Assembly: GCA_903905655.1 (NCBI GenBank)
Contig: CAIVHG010000035.1
Location: 722-64,721 of the forward strand
Reading direction: 5' to 3'
DNA from: an uncultured beta proteobacterium
GTDB lineage: Bacteria > Pseudomonadota > Gammaproteobacteria > Burkholderiales > SG8-41
DNA: 64,000 nucleotides
Numbering within the stretch: the stretch's first letter is position 1; every line of letters begins with the position of its first letter. Below are positions 41,308 to 51,874 of the stretch, in pieces. Below the pieces are notes generated by a model. That model was not told where the DNA came from and made no database searches. It saw only the letters and a program-made list of their open reading frames with translations. The translations under genes were made by a program, and so were the position numbers.

Positions 41308-41461
41308 TGTTTCCACTCCTGTCATGATCAATGTAACAACTTCTGATCGCCGTATTCGACGATGCAAAATTCATTTGCCCGCACACATCGCACAGCTGCG
41401 GGGCGCGGAGTGTAGCAGTGATCTGACTAAGACATTGCACTGATTACTGTGGCGACCTCCA

Positions 41462-41480
41462 AGCTTACGCCGAGCTTACG
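41462..41480. promoter_or_regulatory. Direct repeat with 11-bp period upstream of the lipoprotein gene (possible OmpR-family site)
   Basis: AGCTTACG-CCG-AGCTTACG in the intergenic region. Confidence 0.35.
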
Positions 41481-41665
41481 ATGACCATTGCATCAACAAT
41501 GGCATTCGCGCATTAATCATTAATTTAATAATTGACATCGAACATGCTCGCGATGCGGAGGCGTCGCTGGTGAAATTGGTCTGATGTCGATCGCGCGGCG
41601 CACTTCAGGTGCCGCAATTGAAATTGCGACAGCCAATGCATGGACCGCGGGCGCGGTCGCAGCGT

Positions 41666-42877
41666 CTAATGCACCAGCTGGTTGATCTGAATGATCGGCA
41701 GCAGTATCGCAAGCACGATGAGCAGCACGATGCCGCCCATCACCAGGATCATCGCGGGTTCGAGCAACGTAACGAACACCGCGAGCCGCCGCTCCAGCGC
41801 CTGCGTTTCCAGCCGTGCAGCGCGCTCCAGCATCTGCTCCAGCTTTCCACTCACTTCGCCGCTTGCGATCAGATGCACCAGCAGCGGCGGAAAGGCCCGC
41901 GTCGCTCCCAATGCCCGCGCCAGGCCTGCGCCTTCGCGCACGCGCTCGATGACGCGCTCGATCGCCTCCCGCAGTACCAGGTTGCTCATCACCCGCGCGC
42001 CCGAGTCGAGCGCACTGAGCAGCGGCACGCCGCCGCCGACCAGGATCGCCAGTGTGCTGGCAAAGCGCGAGGTATTAATGCCGCGGATCAGCGCCCCGAT
42101 GCCGGGCATGCGCAGCAACAGCGCATCGCAGCGCCGCTTCACTTCGACACGGCGCAGCAGCCTGCGCGCGAGCACGACGCAGGCCACGATCAGCACCAGC
42201 AGAAACGGCCAGGCGGCGCGCAAAAAGTCGCTCAATGCGATGAGCCCACGGGTGAGCAGCGGCAGACTCTGCTTTGATTGCGCGAACACCTGCACCACCT
42301 GCGGCACCACGTAGACCAGCAGCCCGGTGACGATCATGATCGCGACCACCGACACCAGCAGCGGATAAAGCAACGCGAGCTCAGTCTTCTGCTTCAGCGC
42401 CTGCCGCACGTCCAGATAGTCCGCGAGTTGCTGCAGGATCGTCGGCAGCGCGCCGGATTCTTCGCCTCCATGCACCAGGGCGCGGTAGAAATCGGGAAAG
42501 CTGCTTTCAAAGCTTCCAAGCGCTCGCGCCAGTGAGGCTCCCGCGATGACATCCGCCTTGACTCCCGCAAGCACCTCGCGCGTCGTGGGGGCGGTTGCTT
42601 CCTCGATGAGCGCCGTCAGCGACTGCTCGATGGTGAGGCCTGATTCAAGCAGCGTGGCGAGCTGCCGCGTCAACAGGCTCAGCTCGGTCGCGGAAATGCC
42701 CTGCTTCCAGCTCCACCTCCGCCGCGAGCGCTCCTGTGCGCGAATCGCATCGACCACCGATGGCAGCAGGCCCTGCGCACGCAGCTGGGCGCGCACCTGG
42801 CGCGCCGTGTCCGCCTGCAGCACGCCGGACACCGTGCGGCCGTTTGCATCCAGCGCTTCGTATCGGAATGCTGCCAT
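41666..42877 (-). CDS. gspF: T2SS inner-membrane platform protein GspF
   Basis: MAAFRYEALD, TRQLATLL, GEESGAL, GEVSGKL, LLEPAMIL. Confidence 0.95.
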   Translation of the reverse strand: MAAFRYEALDANGRTVSGVLQADTARQVRAQLRAQGLLPSVVDAIRAQERSRRRWSWKQGISATELSLLTRQLATLLESGLTIEQSLTALIEEATAPTTREVLAGVKADVIAGASLARALGSFESSFPDFYRALVHGGEESGALPTILQQLADYLDVRQALKQKTELALLYPLLVSVVAIMIVTGLLVYVVPQVVQVFAQSKQSLPLLTRGLIALSDFLRAAWPFLLVLIVACVVLARRLLRRVEVKRRCDALLLRMPGIGALIRGINTSRFASTLAILVGGGVPLLSALDSGARVMSNLVLREAIERVIERVREGAGLARALGATRAFPPLLVHLIASGEVSGKLEQMLERAARLETQALERRLAVFVTLLEPAMILVMGGIVLLIVLAILLPIIQINQLVH

Positions 42878-42883
42878 GCGGAC

Positions 42884-44359
42884 TTATTCGCCGGTGACCC
42901 GCACGATCTCTTCCAGGCTGGTCACGCCGTCAGCAACCCAGCGCATGCCGTCCTGCTGCAATGAGCGCATGCCGCGTGCCACGACATGACTCCTCAGTAT
43001 CTGCTCTGAAGCGCGATCGTGTATCAGGCGCCGCAGCTCATCGTCCACTGTCAAAAGCTCGTAGATGCCGGTGCGTCCGCGGTAACCGGATTGCATGCAC
43101 GCTGCGCAGCCCTGCGCCGTATAGAGCTGGCGGCCGGACCCAGCAGCGCCCAGCATTTTCAATTCAGTCGTATCTGCAGCGTATGGCTTGCGGCACTCAG
43201 TGCACAGCGTGCGCACCAGGCGCTGGGCGCCGACCCCGATCAGGCTCGACGCCAAGAGAAACGGCTCGACACCCATGTCGACCAACCGCGTCACCGCGCT
43301 CACCGCATCGTTGGTGTGCAGCGTCGCAAACACCAGGTGCCCGGTGAGGCTCGCCTGCACCGCGATCTGCGCGGTCTCGATGTCGCGGATTTCACCGATC
43401 ATGATGACGTCCGGGTCCTGGCGCAGGATGGTGCGCAGCGCATGCGCGAAACTCATTCCGATCCTGGCATTGACCTGCGTTTGGCTGATGCCATCGAGAT
43501 CATACTCAATGGGATCTTCGACCGTCATGATGTTGAGCGCTGTCGCGTTCAGCCGCGACAGCGCTGCGTAGAGCGTAGTGGTCTTGCCCGAGCCGGTTGG
43601 ACCGGTGACGAGCACGATGCCGTGCGGCTCGCGGATCAGCTGGTCCATGTGCGCGAGCGTGCCGTCGTCCATGCCGAGCCGCGTCAGGTCGAGCCGCCCC
43701 GCCTGCTTGTCGAGCAGCCGCAGCACGACACGCTCGCCGTGCCCGGTGGGGATGGTGGATACGCGCACATCGATCGACTTGCCAGCCACCCGCAGCGCGA
43801 TGCGCCCGCCCTGCGGCATGCGCTTTTCCGCGATGTCGAGCTGCGCCATGATCTTGACGCGCGAGACGATCGCCGCATGCAATGCACGCGCCGGCTCGAG
43901 CAGATCGCGCAGTGTGCCGTCGATCCTGAGCCGCACCACGGAGCGTGTTTCGAAAGGCTCGATGTGTATATCGGAAGCGCGCTCGCGCAGCGCCTGCGTG
44001 AACAACGCGTTGATCAGCCGTATGACCGGAGCGCTGTCCTGGCTGTCGAGCAGGTCTTCCACCTGCGGGATATCCTGCAGCAGGCTCGACAGGTCGAGCT
44101 CCCCGGAAAAGTCGTCGGCCATGGTCGCAGCCGCGCTGCCGTCTCCGTTGTAGAGGCTCGCCAGCAGTTCGTCGAAGTCAGCAGCAGCGATGGCACGCGA
44201 ACGCAGCGGCACGCCCAGCGTGCGCCGCAGTTCCGCCAGCGCCCGCGGCTGCGCATCCTCGCGCACCGCCACCTCCGCGAGTTCAGGCGTAAGCGCAGTA
44301 ACGACCACGCCGTTCAGCTTGGCGAATGCGTACGGTACTGCAGTGATTGCCTTGCTCAC
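42884..44359 (-). CDS. gspE: T2SS ATPase GspE
   Basis: ASDIHIEP, Walker A GPTGSGKT, TVEDPIEY, LRQDPD, TGH, two CxxC. GTG start approximate. Confidence 0.95.
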   Translation of the reverse strand: MSKAITAVPYAFAKLNGVVVTALTPELAEVAVREDAQPRALAELRRTLGVPLRSRAIAAADFDELLASLYNGDGSAAATMADDFSGELDLSSLLQDIPQVEDLLDSQDSAPVIRLINALFTQALRERASDIHIEPFETRSVVRLRIDGTLRDLLEPARALHAAIVSRVKIMAQLDIAEKRMPQGGRIALRVAGKSIDVRVSTIPTGHGERVVLRLLDKQAGRLDLTRLGMDDGTLAHMDQLIREPHGIVLVTGPTGSGKTTTLYAALSRLNATALNIMTVEDPIEYDLDGISQTQVNARIGMSFAHALRTILRQDPDVIMIGEIRDIETAQIAVQASLTGHLVFATLHTNDAVSAVTRLVDMGVEPFLLASSLIGVGAQRLVRTLCTECRKPYAADTTELKMLGAAGSGRQLYTAQGCAACMQSGYRGRTGIYELLTVDDELRRLIHDRASEQILRSHVVARGMRSLQQDGMRWVADGVTSLEEIVRVTGE

Positions 44360-44369
44360 CACGAGAGCA

Positions 44370-46619
44370 TTATCTGGCAGGAGCGGGATTGGCGGCGGTC
44401 GCCGGCCGCGGCGGCAGGCTCGGTGACGGTATATAGGGCAGCGGACCGTCAGAAACGGGCTCCACCTTGCGCTGCTCGCCCAGGATGTAGTCATAGCGAT
44501 CGTTGGTGAGGCGATCCGCCTGACCGCCGTCGCGCAGCACTACCGGCCGCAGAAATACCATGAGGTTGGTCTTGCTCTGCGAGCGCGTCTTGTAGCGGAA
44601 CAGGCTGCCGAACAGCGGCAGGTCGCCGAGCAACGGGACCTTTTGCACGCCGTCGGTGACGCTGTCCTGCATCAATCCGCCGATCACCACGATCTGCCCG
44701 TCGTCGACGAGCACGGTCGATTGCATGGACCGCTTGTTGGTGATCACGCCGGCGGCATTGCTCTGATCCTGCACGCTGGATACTTCTTCGTAAATCTGCA
44801 GCCGCACCAGGCCGCCCTGCGAAATCTGCGGCTTCAGCTTGAGCACCAACCCGACGTCGCGCCGCTCGATGGTCTGAAAGGGGGTCGGCGTCGTGGCAGC
44901 GCTCGATACCGCGTACTGCCCGGTAATGAACGGCACGTTCTGCCCGACCACGATCGTGGCTTCCTCGTTGTCCAGCGTCAGCAGCGTCGGTGTCGACAGG
45001 ATGTTGGCATTGCTGTCGGTCTCCAGCGCGCGCACCAGCAGGCCGAGGTTCAGAAGCTGCACGCCCGTGCCGGGGATCGTCACTGTGCCTTTGACCACGC
45101 CCACGTTCAGGCCGACGCCGGCGCTGGCCGGGTTCTGCGAAATGCCGAGGATATTCTGGCCGGACGTGCCGAAGTTGGTGCCGCCAAACGCCGACGAGCG
45201 ACTCGAACCCAGGCCGTTGAGATCCTGCCATTGAATGCCGAATTCCGCGGCCTTGGCGGCCGTGATCTCGGCGATCAGCGCTTCGACGTAGACCTGAGCG
45301 CGCCGCACGTCCAGCTTTTCCAGCACTGCGCGCAGGTCGTTATAGATCGCATCGGGCGCGGTGATGATGATCGAGTTGGTGGCTGCATCCGCCTGGATGA
45401 TGCCGGGCGCGGATACGGCTACCTGGCCTGTTCCGGCAAAAGATACTGCGGCAGCGCCTTGCGGCTGCCCCGGTGCAGCCGCCGCAGCGCCCAGCGTAGT
45501 CGGAGCCGACAACGCTCCGCCCGTCGGAACCGCGGGCCGCACTGCCCCCACAGCGGCATTGCCCTGATAGATCGCGCGCAGCGTTTCGGCAACTTTCACC
45601 GCCTCGGCATTCTTCAGGTACACGACGTGCATATTGCCCGCGGCACTGGTTTCCACATCGAGCATCGATACCAGGCTGCGCAGCCGCGCGAGGCGCGATG
45701 GATTGTTCGACCGCGCAAGCAGCGAATTCGCGCGCACGTCCGCGATGATCGTAATGGATTGACTCGGGTCCGCCGCGCCCTGGGCCTGCGCCGCCTCCGC
45801 AAAGAAACGGTTTACCGTTTGCGCGACATCGGTCGCTGAGGCATAGCGCAGCGGGATCACCATGCCGTCGGCACCGCTCGGCTGATCGAGGGAACTGATG
45901 ATTTTCTCGAGCCGCTGCAGATTGCCCGCGTAATCCGTGATGATCAGAGAATTGCTGCTCTGGTGCGCAGTGATCGTGTTGTTGGGAGCGATCAGCGGCC
46001 GCAGCACCGGCACGAGCTGCGCCGCAGCCTCGTACTTCAACGTGAACACCTGCGTCTGCACTTCGTCATTGCCGGCACGCGGCCGGTCCTGCGGACCGTA
46101 GGTCGGGCTTTGATAGAGCTTGACGTCGCCTTCGGGAACGATATTGACGGTGCCGCGGCCCTCGATCGCAGCGAAGCCCTGCATGCGCAGCGCGGACAGG
46201 AACACGTCGTAGACGAGCGCTTTGGCAAGCGGCTTCGAGGAGATGATATTGACCGTGCCCTTGACGCGCGGGTCGAGCACAAAATTCTTTCCGGTGATTT
46301 CGCTCACCACTTTCACCACGCCTTCGATTTCAGCGTTGACGAAGTTGAGCGTCACCTGATCCCCACCGACGGAACGCACCGCACCGTTGGCGGCGGACTG
46401 CGCCGGCGTATTTGTGGCAGGAGCACTTGCGGCCCGTGCTTGACCTGCAGCCGGCGCGGTTGCGGCCGGTAATTGACCCGCGCCCGCCGCATCGGCAGCC
46501 AGCACAGATCCGGCGCAGATTGCGCAGGCCATCCCGATGCCGACGATCGCGTTGCGCAGCGCGCAACACATCTCGGCCCCGGCATCAGAGGCGCTATAAA
46601 CCAACAATGCAGACATCAT
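44370..46619 (-). CDS. gspD: T2SS secretin GspD
   Basis: TLNFVNAEI, LDPRVKG, QVYVEALIAE, KVPLLGDLP..G.LF, KTNLMVFLRP. Confidence 0.95.
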   Translation of the reverse strand: MMSALLVYSASDAGAEMCCALRNAIVGIGMACAICAGSVLAADAAGAGQLPAATAPAAGQARAASAPATNTPAQSAANGAVRSVGGDQVTLNFVNAEIEGVVKVVSEITGKNFVLDPRVKGTVNIISSKPLAKALVYDVFLSALRMQGFAAIEGRGTVNIVPEGDVKLYQSPTYGPQDRPRAGNDEVQTQVFTLKYEAAAQLVPVLRPLIAPNNTITAHQSSNSLIITDYAGNLQRLEKIISSLDQPSGADGMVIPLRYASATDVAQTVNRFFAEAAQAQGAADPSQSITIIADVRANSLLARSNNPSRLARLRSLVSMLDVETSAAGNMHVVYLKNAEAVKVAETLRAIYQGNAAVGAVRPAVPTGGALSAPTTLGAAAAAPGQPQGAAAVSFAGTGQVAVSAPGIIQADAATNSIIITAPDAIYNDLRAVLEKLDVRRAQVYVEALIAEITAAKAAEFGIQWQDLNGLGSSRSSAFGGTNFGTSGQNILGISQNPASAGVGLNVGVVKGTVTIPGTGVQLLNLGLLVRALETDSNANILSTPTLLTLDNEEATIVVGQNVPFITGQYAVSSAATTPTPFQTIERRDVGLVLKLKPQISQGGLVRLQIYEEVSSVQDQSNAAGVITNKRSMQSTVLVDDGQIVVIGGLMQDSVTDGVQKVPLLGDLPLFGSLFRYKTRSQSKTNLMVFLRPVVLRDGGQADRLTNDRYDYILGEQRKVEPVSDGPLPYIPSPSLPPRPATAANPAPAR

Positions 46620-47107
46620 TTACGCGTCCCGTTTGAAGTGACTGCGCTCAGCGGAACGCCGGGGGCCGGCGCCGCCTGTGCAGCTTGTTTTGTTTCCCAT
46701 GATAGCGTCTCGCGCGCTGCGTTGCGCTCGATGACCACGTGATCGGCATAGACTTCAGCCAGCCGCAAGCCGGGCACGATATCGCCGCCCTCGCGCACGG
46801 AAAGTATCTCCTTGGACTCGAGCTGCAGCACCGCGTATCCACGCTGGCCGCGCGCTGCGGCGGCCACGCCCAACAACCTGATCGCCATGCCGGTGGGGGC
46901 AGCCGCGTCGCGATTGCGCTGCGCGCTTCCGAACAGCGCATATGCGGACGCGACACCAGCACTCGCTTCCACACCATGCTGGGCAGGCGCTACCGCACGC
47001 GGGGCAATCCAATGCCACGTCCAGTACGCGAGCACCGCCGCCAGCAACAGCAACGCGCCAAAATTAAACAGGGATACGATAGTAGTTTGCGCAAGCTCCG
47101 ACCGCAC
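46616..47107 (-). CDS. gspC: T2SS protein GspC (short, no PDZ domain)
   Basis: TM helix ending LAYWTW; HR domain IRLLGV..AVL..EVYADHVVIERN; overlaps gspD. Confidence 0.85.
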   Translation of the reverse strand: MRSELAQTTIVSLFNFGALLLLAAVLAYWTWHWIAPRAVAPAQHGVEASAGVASAYALFGSAQRNRDAAAPTGMAIRLLGVAAAARGQRGYAVLQLESKEILSVREGGDIVPGLRLAEVYADHVVIERNAARETLSWETKQAAQAAPAPGVPLSAVTSNGTRK

Positions 47108-47276
47108 TGCAAGTTCCTTTAGCTAGCGTACGCTATTGCGTTTCCGCGCCGGGGGGGCAGGCGGTATCCGCAGCGATCAGTCAAATGTTGTATATTACAA
47201 GAATACGCCGCCTGATGTGCAATGGACTATCGCGGCGCCCAACCTAGCCAGGCAAAACCTCCTCTTATAGGACCTC

Positions 47277-47756
47277 ATGAATATGGCAACCGGCAGCGAT
47301 GCTCGGCACGGCAATCGTTCGGCTTTGACCTGCGGCCGCGCAATGGCAGGCTTTACCCTGCTTGAAATCATGGTCGTCGTGGTCATTATCGGCATCCTCG
47401 CCGCGCTGGTCGTGCCGAAGATCATCGGCCGACCGGACGAGGCGCGCGCAGTCGCCGCGCGCCAGGACATCGCGAGCCTGATGCAGGCTCTGAAGCTCTA
47501 TCGCCTCGACAACCTGCGCTATCCGAGCACCGAGCAGGGACTGCAGGCGCTCGCGGTGCGTCCAACGACGGCCCCGCTGCCGGCCAACTGGAAGGCCGGC
47601 GGTTACCTGGACCGCCTGCCCAAAGATCCGTGGGGCAATGCTTACCAATATCTCAACCCGGGCGTGCACGGCGAGATCGACGTATTCAGCTATGGTGCCG
47701 ACGGCGCGCCCGGCGGCGAAGGCAACGACGCCGACATCGGCTCGTGGAATCTCTAG
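47277..47756 (+). CDS. gspG: T2SS major pseudopilin GspG
   Basis: GFTLLEIMVV, ALKLYRLDN..YP, LPKDPWG, SYGADG. Confidence 0.95.
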   Translation: MNMATGSDARHGNRSALTCGRAMAGFTLLEIMVVVVIIGILAALVVPKIIGRPDEARAVAARQDIASLMQALKLYRLDNLRYPSTEQGLQALAVRPTTAPLPANWKAGGYLDRLPKDPWGNAYQYLNPGVHGEIDVFSYGADGAPGGEGNDADIGSWNL

Positions 47757-47785
47757 AATAGCCTGAGGGTACGCAACCAGTCGTA

Positions 47786-48310
47786 ATGCGCGCCATGAAT
47801 CCTCTGACGATCGAGCGCGGCTTTACGCTCATCGAGATGCTGGTCGTGGTACTGATCATGGGACTGCTGCTCGGCCTGGCGAGCGCAATCGTGGGGCCGG
47901 ATGACCGCACGCGGCTGCACCTCGAGGCCGAGCGGCTGGCGCGGCTGCTGGACATCGCCGCCGCAGAATCGCGCATCACCGGCAAAGCGATTGGCTGGAC
48001 CTCTGACGGAACAGGCTATCGCTTCTGGCGCGTGCGCTTCGACACCGGTTGGACCGAAATTCTCGACAGCGATGAGCTGCGCGCGCGTCCCCTGCCGCCG
48101 GGCATGACGATCTCCACTCTGCGCATCGAGAACCTGCGCCCGCAGGCAGGAAACATGCGCCTTGAGTTCATGCCGCGCAGCGCTGCGCTCCCTTTCTTCA
48201 CCATCGAGATGTCGCTCGGCGCCGCGCATTCGCTCATCTCAGGCTCCGCGTTCCGCGGCATACGTGCAGACCCGCCAGGCGAGAGCAATGATGCGATCAA
48301 AGCGAACTAG
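47786..48310 (+). CDS. gspH: T2SS minor pseudopilin GspH
   Basis: GFTLIEMLVV prepilin motif and gene order. Confidence 0.88.
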   Translation: MRAMNPLTIERGFTLIEMLVVVLIMGLLLGLASAIVGPDDRTRLHLEAERLARLLDIAAAESRITGKAIGWTSDGTGYRFWRVRFDTGWTEILDSDELRARPLPPGMTISTLRIENLRPQAGNMRLEFMPRSAALPFFTIEMSLGAAHSLISGSAFRGIRADPPGESNDAIKAN

Positions 48311-48680
48311 CCGGGGCGGATTCACGCTGGTCGAGGTCATGATTGCGCTGGCCGTGGTCGCGATTGCGCTGTTGGCGGCGTTCCGTGCGGTCAGCCAGGG
48401 CACGAGCAGCAGCGCGGAACTGCGCGCGCGCATGCTCGCCGGATGGGTCGCGGAAAACCTGCTCGCGGAACAGCGCGCGCGCGGCGACTGGTTGCCGGTG
48501 GGAATACAACGCGGCAACGTGCTGCAGGCGGGCGCCGCGTTTACGTGGCGTGAGGAAATCATTGCAACGCCGAATCCTGCATTTCGCCGCGTCGACGTCT
48601 ACGTCTACAGTCAGGCCGAGCAAACCCGCCCGCTGGCGCGGCTCACCGGCTTCAGCGTGCTTCCGCGGACCGGCGAATGA
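48288..48680 (+). CDS. gspI: T2SS minor pseudopilin GspI
   Basis: GFTLVEVMIAL, AGWVAEN, TPNPAFRRVDV. Confidence 0.9.
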   Translation: MMRSKRTSRGGFTLVEVMIALAVVAIALLAAFRAVSQGTSSSAELRARMLAGWVAENLLAEQRARGDWLPVGIQRGNVLQAGAAFTWREEIIATPNPAFRRVDVYVYSQAEQTRPLARLTGFSVLPRTGE

Positions 48681-49273
48681 CCGCGCACAACCGCATGCGC
48701 AGCCGCGGCTTCACCCTGATCGAGTTGCTCGCGACGCTGCTGATCCTGTCGCTGCTGTCACTGATGTCCTATCGCGGTCTCTCCGCAATCCTCGATGCGC
48801 GCGAGCACGTGACGCGCGAGGCGGACAAATGGCGCAGTGTCGCTTTGTTTTTTGCGCGCTTCGAGGACGATACGCAGCTCGCCGCGCCGCGCGCAGTACG
48901 CACCGTGAGCGGCGTCGCACCGGCGTGGCTGGCATCCCCCGACGCGAATGGGCGCGCGCGCCTGGAATTCAGCCGCTACGCTTCCGGCGCCGGCATGGAC
49001 ACGCCGCGGCGGCTCGCTTATAGGCTCAACGAACGGCAACAGGTCGAGCTTTGGATCTGGCCCAGCCTCGATGTCGCGCCCGGTGTCGCCCCGCTGCGCT
49101 ACCCGCTATTGGACGGGGTGTCGAAATTCGAGCTGCAATACCTGACGGCAGACCTTGCATGGGTGGACGCATGGCCGGCGACGGCGCGCGATGCCGCGAT
49201 TCCCCAAGCGCTGCGGCTGCGCATCGTGCTGTCGTCCGGCGAGGACATCGTGCGCGTGCTGGCGCTGCGATGA
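48677..49273 (+). CDS. gspJ: T2SS minor pseudopilin GspJ
   Basis: GFTLIELL..MSYRGL and gene order. Confidence 0.88.
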   Translation: MTAHNRMRSRGFTLIELLATLLILSLLSLMSYRGLSAILDAREHVTREADKWRSVALFFARFEDDTQLAAPRAVRTVSGVAPAWLASPDANGRARLEFSRYASGAGMDTPRRLAYRLNERQQVELWIWPSLDVAPGVAPLRYPLLDGVSKFELQYLTADLAWVDAWPATARDAAIPQALRLRIVLSSGEDIVRVLALR

Positions 49274-50187
49274 ACAGACTCGCGCAGCGCGGCATCGCGG
49301 TGGTGCTCGCCATGAGCGTAATGGCGGTGGCCGCGATCGCCGCCACCGCCATCATGGTGACGCAGAACACCTGGCTGCGCGAAGACGCGCTCATCGCCAA
49401 GCACGCCCAAGCCTATCACCTGATCCCGGCCGGTATCGACTGGGCGCGCGCCCTCCTGAGCGACGACCGGCGCTCGAACAACATCGACCACCTCAGCGAG
49501 CCGTGGGCGTTGAAATTGCCCCCGGTCCCCGTCGACAACGGCGAGCTCGCCGGATCCATTGAAGATCAGCAGGGACTGTTCAATCTCAACAATCTGGTGC
49601 TCGAAGGCAAGGTGAGCCACACGCAGCTCGCGCGCTTGCAACGCCTGCTGTCGATATTGGGATTGCCGGCCGGGCTCGCCGATGCGGTTGCCGACTGGAT
49701 CGACGCCGACAGCGCGCCGCAATCATCCGCCGGCGCCGAGGACGACTATTATCTCAAGCTCGACAGTCCCTACCTCGCTCCCAACCAGCCGCTGATCAAT
49801 GTCGCAGAACTGGCGCTGGTGCGCGGCTTCGATTCTGAGATCCTGGCGCGCCTGCGGCCGTTCGTCAGCGCTTTGCCGCGCTCGACCGCGCTCAATGCCA
49901 ACACCGCGAGCCCGGAAGTGCTGGCGGCCGTCGTGGATGGGTTGAGCATCGACGATGCGCGCGCGCTGGTGGCGCGGCGCGAGCGCAGCTATTTTCGGAA
50001 TTTTGCCGATTTCTCCAGTCGCCTGCCCGAGGGTGCCACGGTGCCTGCCGCGGACATTGCCGTCAGCAGCAATTATTTTTTGGTGACGGTACGCGTTACA
50101 ATCGGCGAGGCTGAAGCGCGCGGCGCAGCGCTGCTGGCCCGGGACAAGACTGCTTGGCCGACCATCATGTGGCGAAATTATCTATGA
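49270..50187 (+). CDS. gspK: T2SS minor pseudopilin GspK
   Basis: QRGIAVV, DHLSEPWA, FNLNNL, DWIDAD, NANTA. Confidence 0.92.
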   Translation: MNRLAQRGIAVVLAMSVMAVAAIAATAIMVTQNTWLREDALIAKHAQAYHLIPAGIDWARALLSDDRRSNNIDHLSEPWALKLPPVPVDNGELAGSIEDQQGLFNLNNLVLEGKVSHTQLARLQRLLSILGLPAGLADAVADWIDADSAPQSSAGAEDDYYLKLDSPYLAPNQPLINVAELALVRGFDSEILARLRPFVSALPRSTALNANTASPEVLAAVVDGLSIDDARALVARRERSYFRNFADFSSRLPEGATVPAADIAVSSNYFLVTVRVTIGEAEARGAALLARDKTAWPTIMWRNYL

Positions 50188-51389
50188 ACCTGCTGCGGAT
50201 CTACTGCTCGCTCCTCGAAGCGCCGCTGCGCTGCCAGTGGACGCTGCTGAGCACCGGCCGCGCACCCGCGGCTGGAGCGGGCCCGCTCGCGGAGCTGCCG
50301 CGCGCAGCGGATCGCGTGCAGCTCATCATATCGGCAGCCGAGGTTTTGCTGACCCGTGCACGCCTGCCGCGCGGCGTGCGGCGCCACTCCGATGCCGTGC
50401 TCGCGTATGCCGTGGAGACCGAAACGCTGGGTGAACCAGAAACAAACCAGGTGACGTGGCTCGGCGCTGCGGGTGACGAGGATGCGCTCGCGGTCATCAA
50501 CAAAAAGAGCCTCACGCAGTGGCTCGAAGCACTCGCTGGCGCCGGGCTCGGACAATGCGAAGTCTGTTGCGAGACTCTGATGCTGCCGTGGAAGGACGGC
50601 GAATGGAGTCTCGCGTGGAGCGGCAGCGAAGGCTATGTACGCACCGGGGCATTCGAAGGCGCCGCGACCGATTGCGGAGACCGCAATGCCCCGCCGCCGT
50701 CGCTGCGGATGATGCTTAAAGCGGCGCACGGCGCGCTACCCAATGCAATCACAGTCTATACGACCGCGCCCGATGCAGAGCCCGACATCGACGCCTGGCA
50801 ACGCGAACTCGGCGTCACGCTGCGGCGCGCAGGCTCCTGGAACTGGCGGACCGCCACAATCGATGCCGGCGTCAGCCTGACGCGCCCGCGCAGGCACTGG
50901 CGCACCGCCCTGCGCACGCTCGCGCCATTGCGTACTGCGGCATGGATCGCGGGTGCTGCACTCTTCATCCATGCGGCGTTGCTCGCCACTGACTGGACGC
51001 TGCTCTCCGGAGAACAACGCTCCCTGCGCCAGAAAATGGAAGCGCGCTTTCGCGCGACCTTTCCGGAAGCCGTTGCACTGGTCGATCCGGCGCTGCAAAT
51101 GAGCCGCAAGCTCGCTGAGGCGCGCCATGCGGCCGGCCAGATGGATGGCGGTGATTTCCTGCCGATGATCGAAAATGTATCTATGGCGCTGAAGGACGTG
51201 CCCGCCGGCAGCGTGCGCCGTATCTCCTTCGAATATGGACGGCTGACGCTGGATCTAAGCGCCGTCGACGATGCGCGCGTGCGCCAGATCCTCGCCCGGC
51301 TGGGACAGGCCGGTCTCAAAACCGAACTCGCTCCTGCTGCGGGGCGCACCTCAAGCGGAACGCTCACCGTCACGGTGCGTGCCTCATGA
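50184..51389 (+). CDS. gspL: T2SS protein GspL
   Basis: Cytoplasmic domain, single TM helix, FPEAVALVDP motif; gene order. Confidence 0.85.
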   Translation: MNLLRIYCSLLEAPLRCQWTLLSTGRAPAAGAGPLAELPRAADRVQLIISAAEVLLTRARLPRGVRRHSDAVLAYAVETETLGEPETNQVTWLGAAGDEDALAVINKKSLTQWLEALAGAGLGQCEVCCETLMLPWKDGEWSLAWSGSEGYVRTGAFEGAATDCGDRNAPPPSLRMMLKAAHGALPNAITVYTTAPDAEPDIDAWQRELGVTLRRAGSWNWRTATIDAGVSLTRPRRHWRTALRTLAPLRTAAWIAGAALFIHAALLATDWTLLSGEQRSLRQKMEARFRATFPEAVALVDPALQMSRKLAEARHAAGQMDGGDFLPMIENVSMALKDVPAGSVRRISFEYGRLTLDLSAVDDARVRQILARLGQAGLKTELAPAAGRTSSGTLTVTVRAS

Positions 51390-51874
51390 AATCTGATCTG
51401 CGCAAACTGTTGCAGTCCCCGCTGCTGCGCGAGCCCGCCGTCATCGCCGTTTGTGCACTGCTGGCGCTCGCGCTCTATGCATGGTTCGCGCAGTCCGCAG
51501 GACGGGCGCGCGCGCAGCTCAGCGCAAGGGTGGCCACGCTGCAGGCGCAGGCATCGCGCCTCGAACTGCAGGCAACCGAAGTGGCGCGCCTACGCGCTGC
51601 GCCCGCATCCACCGCATCGCGTACTGATCTGCGCACGCTGCTGCAGACCCAGGCCAACGCGGCCGGCCTAGCGCCTGCGTTGTTGCGCATCGACGTGGCC
51701 GATGCCGATCAGGTGCAGGTGACATTCGGCGCCGTCGCATTTGCCGACTGGCTCGCCTGGGCAGCGAACCTGCAAGCGCAGCGCGTGCGCGTAGACAGTT
51801 GCCGGATAGAAGCACTGACTGCACCAGGAATGGTGAGCGTGACCGCCACCCTCGCACGCCCCGCTCAGCAATGA
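51386..51874 (+). CDS. gspM: T2SS protein GspM
   Basis: TM helix, coiled coil, VAFADWLAW..PGMV motif. Confidence 0.85.
   Translation: MKSDLRKLLQSPLLREPAVIAVCALLALALYAWFAQSAGRARAQLSARVATLQAQASRLELQATEVARLRAAPASTASRTDLRTLLQTQANAAGLAPALLRIDVADADQVQVTFGAVAFADWLAWAANLQAQRVRVDSCRIEALTAPGMVSVTATLARPAQQ

Noticed and set aside
41319-41337. CTGTCAT-GATCA-ATGTAAC as a PHO box for the lipoprotein or T2SS
   Set aside because: 12-bp rather than 11-bp period, opposite orientation to the gene, and it abuts the RBS.
47188-47200. TTGTA-TAT-TACAA palindrome between gspC and gspG
   Set aside because: Only 5-bp arms; plausible by chance in an AT-rich promoter.
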